Below are positions 21,561 to 31,126 of a stretch of DNA of 64,000 nucleotides, one piece after another. The notes under the pieces were generated by a model, which saw only the letters and a program-made list of their open reading frames with translations, did not search any database and was not told the DNA's origin. Each line of letters begins with the position of its first letter. Position 1 is the first letter of the stretch. A program made the translations under genes and the position numbers. Location: NCBI RefSeq assembly GCF_041248615.1, contig NZ_CP158426.1; one strand, 5' to 3'. Origin of the DNA: Escherichia coli. GTDB taxonomy: Bacteria > Pseudomonadota > Gammaproteobacteria > Enterobacterales > Enterobacteriaceae.

Positions 21561-21929
21561 GAATTATCCGCGCGGCTGAAAAAGACTAATTTGACGGATA
21601 ATGTGTGGGGTTGATCACAAATTGATGCCAGCTTCTGGTTGTTTGTAAAATACGAAAACGTTTGGCTTTTTTTATCACGTTATTTATTTGCTGCTAAGTA
21701 TCAGAAATAAGATAAAGGGGCAGGCTATCTCTCTTCAGTTTGATAAACTCACCGCCGTAATTCTCATATTGATATAGAAATGTGATATCTCTTCCATAAT
21801 TTCATTAGAAAATGATAAAAATCTTATGTTTTTATCAAAGCCAATTTCGCCTGAGTTAATATCATCATGATCTGTGAACCATCAACGTCTTCAATGATCG
21901 ACTTTTAAGTAAGTCTGGAAGGTAAAGCT

Positions 21930-23708
21930 ATGGAGCTTGCTACTACGCAGTCAGTATTGATGCAAATTCAACCGACAATTCAGCGTTTTGCCAGAATGCT
22001 TGCCAGCGTTTTGCAGCTTGAGGTTGAGATCGTTGATGAAAACTTGTGTCGCGTTGCCGGAACGGGCGCGTATGGGAAGTTTCATGGTCGCCAGTTGAGC
22101 GGCAACTCACGCCTGCTCCGCCACGTCCTGGAAACGAAAACTGAAAAAGTTGTGACACAGTCTCGCTTCGATCCCCTTTGCGAAGGTTGCGATAGTAAAG
22201 AAAATTGCCGCGAAAAAGCATTTCTGGGTACGCCTGTCATTTTACAGGGTCGTTGTGTTGGGGTGATAAGTTTGATTGCCGTTACCCACGAGCAACAAGA
22301 GCATATCAGTGATAATTTACGCGAATTTTCTGATTATGTTCGCCATATATCCACCATTTTTGTTTCGAAACTTCTGGAGGAACAGGGGCCAGGAGATAAC
22401 ATCAGTAAAATATTTGCGACCATGATCGATAATATGGATCAGGGCGTATTAGTTGTAGATGATGAAAATCGGGTTCAGTTTGTTAATCAGACTGCCTTAA
22501 AAACACTTGGTGTTGTGCAAAATAATATTATTGGGAAACCTATCCGTTTCAGACCATTAACATTTGAGAGTAATTTTACCCATGGACATATGCAGCATAT
22601 TGTTTCATGGGACGATAAAAGTGAATTAATCATTGGTCAATTGCATAACATTCAGGGCCGACAATTATTTTTAATGGCGTTTCACCAATCGCATACCAGT
22701 TTTTCTGTAGCAAATGCACCTGATGAACCGCATATTGAACAATTGGTTGGCGAGTGCCGTGTTATGCGGCAATTAAAACGACTCATTAGCCGTATTGCAC
22801 CCAGCCCATCCAGCGTTATGGTGGTTGGTGAAAGCGGCACGGGTAAAGAAGTCGTCGCCCGTGCAATCCATAAGTTGAGCGGAAGACGGAATAAACCCTT
22901 TATTGCTATCAACTGTGCCGCGATTCCGGAGCAGCTTCTGGAGAGCGAACTGTTCGGTTATGTTAAAGGTGCATTTACTGGCGCTTCTGCCAACGGTAAA
23001 ACAGGGTTGATTCAGGCGGCGAATACGGGCACGCTGTTTCTCGATGAAATAGGTGATATGCCATTAATGTTGCAGGCTAAATTACTGCGCGCTATTGAGG
23101 CACGTGAAATTCTGCCGATTGGTGCCAGTAGCCCAATACAAGTCGACATTCGCATCATTTCTGCAACTAATCAGAATTTGGCCCAGTTCATTGCCGAAGG
23201 TAAATTCCGCGAAGATCTCTTCTACCGACTTAATGTTATCCCGATAACTCTGCCACCGCTGCGTGAACGTCAGGAAGATATTGAACTATTGGTGCATTAC
23301 TTTTTACATCTGCATACCCGTCGTCTGGGATCGGTTTATCCTGGCATTGCTCCCGATGTCGTCGAAATATTGCGTAAGCATCGTTGGCCCGGAAACCTGC
23401 GCGAGTTAAGCAATTTGATGGAATATCTGGTTAACGTGGTTCCTTCAGGTGAAGTTATCGACAGCACGCTATTGCCGCCAAATCTGCTGAATAATGGCAC
23501 AACGGAGCAAAGTGATGTAACAGAGGTCAGTGAGGCGCACCTGTCACTCGATGATGCGGGCGGCACGGCGCTGGAGGAGATGGAAAAGCAAATGATCCGC
23601 GAGGCGCTTTCACGTCATAACAGCAAGAAGCAAGTTGCTGATGAACTGGGCATCGGCATTGCTACGCTCTATCGCAAGATTAAGAAATATGAGTTGTTAA
23701 ACACATAA
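21930..23708 (+). CDS. ygeV: Sigma54-dependent transcriptional activator (bacterial enhancer-binding protein)
   Basis: 592-aa ORF; AAA+ Walker A GESGTGKE, sigma54-contact GAFTGA motif, C-terminal HTH. Confidence 0.9.
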   Translation: MELATTQSVLMQIQPTIQRFARMLASVLQLEVEIVDENLCRVAGTGAYGKFHGRQLSGNSRLLRHVLETKTEKVVTQSRFDPLCEGCDSKENCREKAFLGTPVILQGRCVGVISLIAVTHEQQEHISDNLREFSDYVRHISTIFVSKLLEEQGPGDNISKIFATMIDNMDQGVLVVDDENRVQFVNQTALKTLGVVQNNIIGKPIRFRPLTFESNFTHGHMQHIVSWDDKSELIIGQLHNIQGRQLFLMAFHQSHTSFSVANAPDEPHIEQLVGECRVMRQLKRLISRIAPSPSSVMVVGESGTGKEVVARAIHKLSGRRNKPFIAINCAAIPEQLLESELFGYVKGAFTGASANGKTGLIQAANTGTLFLDEIGDMPLMLQAKLLRAIEAREILPIGASSPIQVDIRIISATNQNLAQFIAEGKFREDLFYRLNVIPITLPPLRERQEDIELLVHYFLHLHTRRLGSVYPGIAPDVVEILRKHRWPGNLRELSNLMEYLVNVVPSGEVIDSTLLPPNLLNNGTTEQSDVTEVSEAHLSLDDAGGTALEEMEKQMIREALSRHNSKKQVADELGIGIATLYRKIKKYELLNT

Positions 23709-23747
23709 CCTCAGTGAATCCGGCCTGAATTCAGGCCGGATATCCTT

Positions 23748-24227
23748 TTACTTCGTTTTCTCGCAATCCAGAACTGTATTTACAATCATCTGATACCCCG
23801 TGCAGCGACAAAGATTTCCCGCCAGTCCGCGACGAATTTCCGTAATGGTTAATGGCTTCTCGCGTGGTTTCGCCAGCATTGCCGTGGTAGCCATAATCAG
23901 GCCAGGCGTACAAAACCCGCACTGCACTGCGCCGGATTTCGCATAAGCCTGCTGAACATGAGAAAGTTTTCCGCCTTTCGCTTCACCTTCCAGCGTGCGG
24001 ATCTCTTTTCCTTCAGCCCAGGCGGCAAGGTATAAGCAACTGTCTATTGCTGTGCCGTCGACCAACACCGTACAGGCACCACATTCACCCACGCAGCACC
24101 CTTGTTTGACACTTAGCAGTCCTTGTTCGCGGAGTAATTCCGAGAGCGGCGTGCCTGGTGCGGCGTGAAGCTGAAAAGGCATCCCGTTAATGGTGCATTC
24201 GATGGTAATTGTTTCGCTGTGATTCAT
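23748..24227 (-). CDS. xdhC: Xanthine dehydrogenase [2Fe-2S] subunit
   Basis: 159-aa ORF; Cys motifs [11 protein letters not shown] and CGFCTPG; overlaps xdhB by 4 bp. Confidence 0.9.
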
Positions 24228-25102
24228 TGCAATTTTCCCCCCGCCGCGGCGACGGCTTCGCTAATCACTTTTTTGGTCATCGTCTGGATGAGATGCAGAC
24301 GAAACTCTTTACTGGCCCGCCATGAAGAACGCGGGGCGACATCTTGCAGGACAGATTCGCTGATAGCTTCCAGCGTTTGCAGGTTTAATGGCGCATTTTG
24401 TGCAGTCTGTTCGGCATGTTGGCAGCGAATCGGCGTTGGCGCGGCAACACCAAATGCCAGGCGTAATTCGCTGAAATTGCCGTTATCCAGTCGGCAATGT
24501 GCGGCGCAGCCAATCGTTGAAATATCCATTGCGTCGCGCATGGCATATTTAAAATGCGCGCTGCCCGCGTGTTCTTTCGGCTGTGGCGGAAAATGAAAGG
24601 CGACGAGGATTTCGTCATGCTCAAGAGACACTTTGCCCGGCCCGGTGTGAAAGCCATTAATCGGGACGAAACGAACACCGCGCGGGGAGTGGATCTCCAG
24701 TTTCGCGTCATAAATTAGCGTTGGCGTGGCAGAATCTGCGCTGGTGGCACCGTTGCAAATATTTCCACCGTAGGTAGCGACGTTACGGATCTGCGGTCCA
24801 GCAATGGACGTGGCCGCAGCACATAACGCCGGGAGATGACGTTGAGTTATAGGATCTTCTATTAGCTGGGTAAATGTCGTTGCAGAGCCGATACGTAGCG
24901 AGCCATCTTCCGCCAGCGTAATTCCCCGCAGCTCCGCCAGATTATGAATATCAACAATATGGCGATAACGGTCATTGTGATGGTGGAGCTGAATCAGTAC
25001 GTCAGTGCCACCGGCGAGCAGTTTGGCCTGCGGGTTGTCAGCCAGCAGGTTGATGGCATCGGCAAGGGTTGCTGCGCGATGGTAAGAAGCAAAATCAAAC
25101 AT
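24224..25102 (-). CDS. xdhB: Xanthine dehydrogenase FAD-binding subunit
   Basis: 292-aa ORF. Confidence 0.9.
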
Positions 25103-25112
25103 GATGTTATCC

Positions 25113-27371
25113 TCAAATCAATCCTGCCAGATGGAACTCTTCATATAACCGTTTTGGCGTCAGCGGCAGTGTATTGATTGCAACACCGGTAGCCATCTTC
25201 ACCGCGTTACGAATAGCAGCGGCAACAGGAATTATTGGTGGCTCACCCAGTGACTTATGTCCGTATGCGGATTGCGGCTCATTGATTTCGACGAACGCGC
25301 TTTCCAGTTGTGGCAGATCCGGCATGGTCGGCATTTTGTAATCCAGCAGATTGGGGTTACGGACCACGCCGCTTTTAGCATCGATGATCATCTCTTCAAA
25401 TAGCGCCCAGCCAATGCCCATTCCCATTCCGCCGTGTACCTGACCTTCTGCCAGCAGTGGATTAAGAATATGCCCTGAATCATGAACGTTGAGGATGCGG
25501 TTGATGGTGACTTTGCACAGCGCAATATCGACCGTCAGATCAACAAAGGTACAGCCAAACGCCGGTGGGTTAGTGGTGGTTTTGATGGAGCTTTCAGCAG
25601 AGAGCTGCCCGCCGCGTTCAGGGTGGTAGAAAGCGTCCATCGCCAAATCTTTTAACGACATTAACGGCTCTTCCGGTCGTTCAACCAGCACGATATGGCC
25701 TTTTATCAGGGTCAGATTCATCGCTGACTGATGTAGCATGACTGCGGCGTGAGCGATGATTTTCTCTTTTAATAATAGTGCCGCACTGCGCAGCGCAGGC
25801 GCGGCAACATAGCTCTGGCGTGAGGCAAATGCGCCGGGATCGAACGGCGTAACGTCGGTATCTTGAGTTGAAATAACGCGAACGTCGCTGACCGGAACCC
25901 CCACGGTTTCTGCCACCATTTGCGAGAAGACGGTGTCGGCACCCTGACCGATTTCCGTCGCGCCGCTTTGCACGTTGATGGTTCCATCCTGATTCATCAG
26001 AAGGCGCGCGCCTGCTATTTCTACGCCGACAGGCCAGGTGTTAGAGGTGTAGCTAAAACAGGCGATGCCAACGCCGCGGCGCAAATTGCCTTGCTGGTTC
26101 TGGCATTCTGCACGGCGTTTTTCCCATTCAAAGATTTTCCGGCCTTTTTCAAGACACTCCGGCAACCCTGCGCTGTAAATACGTTTGCCCGTGAGCGGAT
26201 TAGCATCTCCTTCGCGGGCGGCGTTGCGTAAACGAATTTCAACAGGATCAATACCTAACGCTGTCGCGGCGTCATCAAGCATAGACTCAACGGCAAATAC
26301 GACTTGTGGCGCGCCATAACCACGCATCGCACCAGCCGAGGGGAGGTTGGTATAGCAGGTCTTTGAACTGTAAGCGTAGGCACAACGAGGATAAAGGTAA
26401 GCGACTTTATTCCCCCCCGCAGAAGCGATGGAGTGCCCGTGAGATGCATAAGCGCCGGTGTTAGACAGAACATCCAGACTATAACCTTTCAATGTTCCGT
26501 CGCGGTTCACGCCCATTTGCCCGTCAATGGTAAAAGCGTGGCGGGTACGGGTTGCGAGGAAACACTCTTCACGGCTAAGGGAAACTTTCACCGGAATGCC
26601 GCCAAGCTTGCTGGTCAGGAATGCCGCCATTGGCTCTTCCAGTACATCCTGTTTATTACCAAAACCGCCACCGACAAATGGTTTGATGACTCGTACGCAT
26701 GACCAGGGAATATCCAGCGCCTGACCAACCACGCGGCGAACAATGTGCGGGATCTGGGTGCTGGAAACGATGGTAATTCGCGAGTCATCCTCCATCCACG
26801 CCAGCGATGTTACGCTTTCCATGTGACAATGTTGAATAACGGGGGTCTGATAGTGCCCCTGTACCTGGTAGTCGGCGGCATCGATTGTTTGTTGGACATT
26901 ACCCGTCGACATCGTGCTTTGTTTCAGTAAATTGCCACCGTTATGGATTGGTGCAGCGTCTTCTGCCAGCGCCGCTTCTGGCGTGGTGATAACGGGTAAT
27001 TCTTGCCACTCAATGCTGACCAATTGCGCCGCTTTTTCTGCCGTGAGTTCATCGCGGGCCACGACGATGGCAACGGCGTCACCATGATGACGAACATGGC
27101 GAGTTAGCAGTGCGCGATCGGCGGTATCGCGCTTGTTTTCGTCAAGTGTCCAGGCATGCCCAGCTGTAGCGAATGGAATATCAGGCACATCTTCCCAGGT
27201 AAAAATCGCCAGTACGCCCGGCAAACTTCTGGCTTGTTCATCATTAATACTTACGGCATAACCATGTGCGATAGGGCTACGTACATATTTCGCATAACAC
27301 ATGCCCGCCATAACATAATCGTCAGTATATCGTGCCCGCCCGGTGACCTTAGCAATGGCATCGACGCGCAT
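25113..27371 (-). CDS. xdhA: Xanthine dehydrogenase molybdenum-binding subunit
   Basis: ORF track 25113..27410; start set at MRVDAIAKVTGRARYTDDY (752 aa). Confidence 0.9.
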   Translation of the reverse strand: MRVDAIAKVTGRARYTDDYVMAGMCYAKYVRSPIAHGYAVSINDEQARSLPGVLAIFTWEDVPDIPFATAGHAWTLDENKRDTADRALLTRHVRHHGDAVAIVVARDELTAEKAAQLVSIEWQELPVITTPEAALAEDAAPIHNGGNLLKQSTMSTGNVQQTIDAADYQVQGHYQTPVIQHCHMESVTSLAWMEDDSRITIVSSTQIPHIVRRVVGQALDIPWSCVRVIKPFVGGGFGNKQDVLEEPMAAFLTSKLGGIPVKVSLSREECFLATRTRHAFTIDGQMGVNRDGTLKGYSLDVLSNTGAYASHGHSIASAGGNKVAYLYPRCAYAYSSKTCYTNLPSAGAMRGYGAPQVVFAVESMLDDAATALGIDPVEIRLRNAAREGDANPLTGKRIYSAGLPECLEKGRKIFEWEKRRAECQNQQGNLRRGVGIACFSYTSNTWPVGVEIAGARLLMNQDGTINVQSGATEIGQGADTVFSQMVAETVGVPVSDVRVISTQDTDVTPFDPGAFASRQSYVAAPALRSAALLLKEKIIAHAAVMLHQSAMNLTLIKGHIVLVERPEEPLMSLKDLAMDAFYHPERGGQLSAESSIKTTTNPPAFGCTFVDLTVDIALCKVTINRILNVHDSGHILNPLLAEGQVHGGMGMGIGWALFEEMIIDAKSGVVRNPNLLDYKMPTMPDLPQLESAFVEINEPQSAYGHKSLGEPPIIPVAAAIRNAVKMATGVAINTLPLTPKRLYEEFHLAGLI

Positions 27372-27824
27372 GCATGATTCACCCGTAGCGGTTGCTTCCC
27401 GCGCTTCCATAGAAATCCCCTCGATTTGAACATTTGGTTCTTATGGCAAAGATTTAGTCTAAGCAGGCAAGATTTACGCCAGAAACGACGATAAGCGTTA
27501 GGGGAGGTAGGAAGTGTGATGACGTTAAAAAAACACAGATATGATACGAAACAGGACTCTGAATAGGGGCAGTGATACGTATCAATATGAGTGGCGATAA
27601 AATCAATGTGATAAATTGGGATTATTACGCATCAGGATGGGAAATAGGGTAAAAAGTCAGGAAGTTCGATACCTCTACAGCGAATATTTTGCTGATGATA
27701 CTTCCCTTTGCCAAATGAAATTAACCTCTTTCTCTATTACCACGTTTTTCCAGAAGCAAGAGATTGGGTATCAAGAGGCTGGCTGCTATGATAAGGCGTC
27801 TTGTTTTTTAAGCGAGGAAAGATT

Positions 27825-28580
27825 TTGAGTGCGGGACGCCTGAATAAAAAATCTCTGGGTATCGTGATGTTGTTATCGGTTGGACTGCTTTTGGCGGGCT
27901 GTTCGGGTAGCAAATCATCCGATACAGGAACGTATTCCGGCTCCGTTTACACCGTGAAACGGGGGGATACGCTATATCGTATTTCGCGCACCACGGGAAC
28001 CAGCGTAAAAGAACTGGCGCGACTGAACGGCATTTCCCCCCCTTACACCATTGAAGTTGGTCAGAAACTAAAACTGGGTGGGGCGAAAAGTAGCAGTATT
28101 ACACGTAAATCAACCGCCAAATCAACGACCAAAACCGCATCGGTTACACCGTCATCAGCGGTACCGAAATCATCCTGGCCGCCAGTAGGGCAACGTTGTT
28201 GGTTATGGCCAACGACAGGGAAAGTTATCATGCCGTATTCGACAGCAGATGGCGGCAATAAAGGGATTGATATCTCAGCTCCACGGGGTACACCTATTTA
28301 CGCCGCGGGTGCAGGAAAGGTGGTGTATGTGGGCAACCAGCTGCGTGGCTACGGTAATCTCATCATGATTAAACACAGTGAAGATTACATTACGGCTTAC
28401 GCCCATAATGACACGATGCTGGTAAATAATGGGCAAAGCGTGAAGGCTGGGCAAAAAATCGCCACTATGGGGAGCACGGATGCGGCATCTGTTCGCCTGC
28501 ATTTCCAGATTCGTTACCGTGCAACGGCAATTGATCCGCTACGTTACTTGCCGCCTCAGGGCAGCAAGCCAAAATGCTGA
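27825..28580 (+). CDS. ygeR: LysM-domain / M23-peptidase-family lipoprotein
   Basis: Lipobox LLAGC; LysM-like YTVKRGDTLYRISR; M23-like C-terminus (HLHFQIR). Apparent TTG start at 27825 with GAGGA RBS; the track begins at an upstream in-frame TTG at 27801. Confidence 0.85.
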   Translation: MSAGRLNKKSLGIVMLLSVGLLLAGCSGSKSSDTGTYSGSVYTVKRGDTLYRISRTTGTSVKELARLNGISPPYTIEVGQKLKLGGAKSSSITRKSTAKSTTKTASVTPSSAVPKSSWPPVGQRCWLWPTTGKVIMPYSTADGGNKGIDISAPRGTPIYAAGAGKVVYVGNQLRGYGNLIMIKHSEDYITAYAHNDTMLVNNGQSVKAGQKIATMGSTDAASVRLHFQIRYRATAIDPLRYLPPQGSKPKC

Positions 28581-28613
28581 TGGCGAATTAATCAGCAGTC
28601 AGCAGCGTGGCAC

Positions 28614-28641
28614 TTGCTAAGGAGAGCGTAAGGTTTATAAT
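28614..28641 (+). promoter_or_regulatory. Sigma70 promoter for glyU
   Basis: TTGCTA-N16-TATAAT ending about 17 bp before the tRNA 5' end. Confidence 0.5.
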
Positions 28642-28658
28642 GCCTTACGCATCTCGAA

Positions 28659-28732
28659 GCGGGCGTAGTTCAATGGTAGAACGAGAGCTTCCCAAGCTCT
28701 ATACGAGGGTTCGATTCCCTTCGCCCGCTCCA
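28659..28732 (+). tRNA. glyU: tRNA-Gly (CCC anticodon)
   Basis: 74-nt GCGGGCGTAGTTCAATGGTAGAACGAGAGCTTCCCAAGCTCTATACGAGGGTTCGATTCCCTTCGCCCGCTCCA; acceptor stem GCGGGCG/CGCCCGC, anticodon loop CTTCCCAAG, T-loop GGTTCGATTCC, encoded CCA. Confidence 0.95.
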
Positions 28733-28747
28733 GAATCTCCCCTGGTG

Positions 28748-28770
28748 GAGAAGACTAAAAAAGTCTTCTC
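28748..28770 (+). terminator. Hairpin downstream of glyU
   Basis: GAGAAGACT-aaaaa-AGTCTTCTC perfect 9-bp stem, but no clear U-tract. Confidence 0.4.
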
Positions 28771-29229
28771 TGTCAGCAACTTAAACAGTTACCTATTTAA
28801 TTTGCTTAGGAGTTCTACCATTGTGATCCGCCCTTAGTAACTGTCACGTTAAGTTACACGGTGAGATGACAGTATAACCTAACGTTGGCGGCAGTTGCAC
28901 CTCTCACACCGCGATAGCACAACGTGAAGATAAAGCCCATCCTGGCATTGTAATGTCATCGACAGACTGAACACACGCATTTAAGCCCGATGTGCGGCCT
29001 TGTGGCTGCGTAAACAGGTTTATGGTGATATTGGTCCTTGCAAACCATATGCAAGCTCTATCAGCGTTTCAGCCACGCTCCCAACGGGTACACGGTTATC
29101 CTGATAAGGTGTGATCTTTCTGACAATCTGATGAAGTCGCTACGCTCCCGCTTGTTGCTGTATCACCAACGGGGCTTTATGGTTTCTATTGTCTATAATA
29201 ATCTCACAATTCCCCTGCATGAGGTTGAT

Positions 29230-29436
29230 ATGACTGTTAGCTACAAGATTACTTATGAGCATAGAGACGGTGATCAAATTAGAATGGAAGAGGTTTTATT
29301 CCATTCAGAGCATGAACCAACAAAAGATGAAATTCATGATGCAGTAAGAAAAGATACTGTGAGATTTAATTCTCCATCTAATGGAGTAACGGCTGTTTCA
29401 GGGTTTAAAGTGATTTCGGTTGTCCCTGTTCCATGA
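29230..29436 (+). CDS. Small hypothetical protein (68 aa) in the accessory island
   Basis: Inside track ORF 29038..29436; internal ATG at 29230 has GAGG upstream and a TATAAT -10 about 35 bp upstream; product MTVSYKITYEHRDGDQIRMEEVLFHSEHEPTKDEIHDAVRKDTVRF... is acidic and soluble; low GC. Confidence 0.45.
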   Translation: MTVSYKITYEHRDGDQIRMEEVLFHSEHEPTKDEIHDAVRKDTVRFNSPSNGVTAVSGFKVISVVPVP

Positions 29437-29445
29437 ATGGTTATA

Positions 29446-29468
29446 GAAGGGGCTGGAAGCCCCTAATT
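29446..29468. terminator. Hairpin between the convergent small genes
   Basis: GGGGCT-gga-AGCCCC stem followed by AATTATT, between the 29436 and 29470 stop codons. Confidence 0.45.
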
Positions 29469-29469
29469 A

Positions 29470-29790
29470 TTACTTCTTAATATCGCCAGTGCATTGATAT
29501 TCGATAGTCACAAGTGTTTGCATACAACCAGATGAAGAAGGTTGTGAACATTGAGAAGTGAATCCACCAAAAGGCTCGGCTCCTGAATATCCCCAAGCGG
29601 CACAACGCGCTTTGGCTGCATTCATGCCTTGTTGTGGATCTACAACAGGACTTTCAAACATACCGTAAGAATAACTCATCCTAACTGTGCCGTCTGATTT
29701 GCTTCCACCAGTTGGAACGAGTTGTTTTTTTGTTGCACATCCAGAAATAATCAATGTTGAAGCAAGTAACAGCATTAAACTTTTGCGCAT
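29470..29790 (-). CDS. Putative Cys-rich lipoprotein (106 aa), unknown function
   Basis: Signal peptide MRKSLMLLLASTLIISGC with lipobox ISGC; four further Cys in the mature part; low GC. Confidence 0.6.
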   Translation of the reverse strand: MRKSLMLLLASTLIISGCATKKQLVPTGGSKSDGTVRMSYSYGMFESPVVDPQQGMNAAKARCAAWGYSGAEPFGGFTSQCSQPSSSGCMQTLVTIEYQCTGDIKK

Positions 29791-29934
29791 GTAAATAATC
29801 CCAAGAGATAATGGTTATGTATTGATTTAAAGCGTTTTTAGATTAATGCATTAACTTAGCAAAATTAAGTCTTTTCTGATTGTTTGCAGAGTAAAAATGA
29901 GTTGCTTTCGAAATTATTTCGGATGTTTATTGTA

Positions 29935-30102
29935 TTACGGTTTTTCAAACCGTCTAACTATTGTCGCTATTGAATGGGCAATAATAGCAAGAGGATTCAT
30001 TTCGTCATTGGAGGCAACAAAAAGTCGGTAACTGATAGCTACAACGAATGAAGCAATAACGAGAAAGCGGATAGTGCTAAGATGTTTTGAAGATAAATGC
30101 AT
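29935..30102 (-). CDS. Possible small membrane peptide (55 aa), speculative
   Basis: Manual translation MHLSSKHLSTIRFLVIASFVVAISYRLFVASNDEMNPLAIIAHSIATIVRRFEKP; one predicted TM helix; AGGGGG 4 nt upstream of ATG; the RBS lies in a CCCCCT/AGGGGG hairpin. Below the 60-aa track cutoff. Confidence 0.25.
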   Translation of the reverse strand: MHLSSKHLSTIRFLVIASFVVAISYRLFVASNDEMNPLAIIAHSIATIVRRFEKP

Positions 30103-30442
30103 AACGCCCCCTAAATGAATGTGAGGGGGATTAAATCATGCAAATTTGTTGTGTGCAATACTGGTAATTTATCCTAATAGTCTACTATTCACCTCAATCT
30201 ACGTCAACCAATATTTGATGTAGATTTGATTTTCTTTTAAAAACAATATTTTGCAATTTGTTGGGTTTTGGGGTTAGGTTGTTTTTTGGACGTTTCCATC
30301 AAGTGTAAAGATACGTTTAGCCTTCATAGTGAGTTCAGTTACTGTCTTTTTCTCTGAAATCGGCGCATACGTGATCATCGCTTAACGAGAAGAGCAGCGC
30401 CGTCAGGTCCATGCAGCGACAATTCTGAAATATCAGGAGGCA

Positions 30443-30994
30443 TTACGCTTCCTGCTCTTTCTTGATACGTTGCACCGTTTGTGTGCTGACACTGAAATCT
30501 TTTGCTACGCTCCGAATTGATCCACCATTCGCGAGAGCGGCAGCAATTCCCGCTCGATCAATTGCTTTTCCATTACCACGTTTTGCTATACGTCCAGCGG
30601 CCTTAGCTGCGGCGATCCCCTCACGCTGGCGCTCAAGCATCATTTCACGTTCCATTTGTGCCACTGCTGCAAGCACTGTGAGCATCATATTCCCTGCGGG
30701 AGAGTTCTTCCCTGTCTTAAAGTCTTCTTTATGGAAATGCACAGACACGCCGCGCTTTGTTAATTGCTCAACCGTTGCCAGTAGGTCGGCTGTATTACGG
30801 CAAAGTCGATCAATACTGTGAACATGCAAAACATCACCTTCCCGCACATAGTTCATCATTGCCTCAAACTGTGGGCGCTGGGTATTCTTGCCTGACGCTT
30901 TATCTTCAAAGACTTTATCAAGAGCTACTCCAGCTAATTGACGGTCTGTGTTTTGTTGCACAGTCGATACCCTAATGTATCCAATATTAGCCAT
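30443..30994 (-). CDS. Serine recombinase (resolvase/invertase family, 183 aa)
   Basis: N-terminal MANIGYIRVSTVQQNTDRQ with catalytic Ser in the YIRVST context, conserved DRLCRN, C-terminal HTH (SIRSVAKDFSVSTQTVQRIKK); AAGGA RBS. Confidence 0.85.
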   Translation of the reverse strand: MANIGYIRVSTVQQNTDRQLAGVALDKVFEDKASGKNTQRPQFEAMMNYVREGDVLHVHSIDRLCRNTADLLATVEQLTKRGVSVHFHKEDFKTGKNSPAGNMMLTVLAAVAQMEREMMLERQREGIAAAKAAGRIAKRGNGKAIDRAGIAAALANGGSIRSVAKDFSVSTQTVQRIKKEQEA

Positions 30995-31022
30995 TTTCTT
31001 TATTCCTTCTGTGTTGATTTGT

Positions 31023-31126
31023 GTGTAGTGATTATTGATCGTGTTGATTAGGTGTGTAAAGGACTTTTTTCACTACGAAATTCGAAGGTTTTTAGTGTGG
31101 TGATTTAGCCTGCTTTATCACTACAC
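31023..31126. promoter_or_regulatory. Candidate res/crossover-like site: four copies of a GTGTAGTGAT / ATCACTACAC motif in alternating orientation upstream of the recombinase gene
   Basis: GTGTAGTGAT at 31023-31032, CACTAC at 31071-31076, GTGTGGTGAT at 31095-31104, ATCACTACAC at 31117-31126; the last two form a 32-bp palindromic site with a 12-bp spacer. Confidence 0.4.

Noticed and set aside
28607-28837. 76-aa ORF on the plus strand
   Set aside because: It spans the glyU tRNA gene and its terminator hairpin; the reading frame is incidental.
28733-29230. Integrase-mediated island insertion at the tRNA 3' end
   Set aside because: No tyrosine integrase gene and no direct repeat of the glyU 3' end were found by eye in the island; the right boundary is an IS1 junction instead. 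A degenerate att repeat cannot be excluded without alignment tools.
30462-30821. 119-aa ORF on the plus strand within the island
   Set aside because: Fully antisense to the serine recombinase gene, Ala/Arg/Ser-rich low-complexity translation; a shadow ORF.
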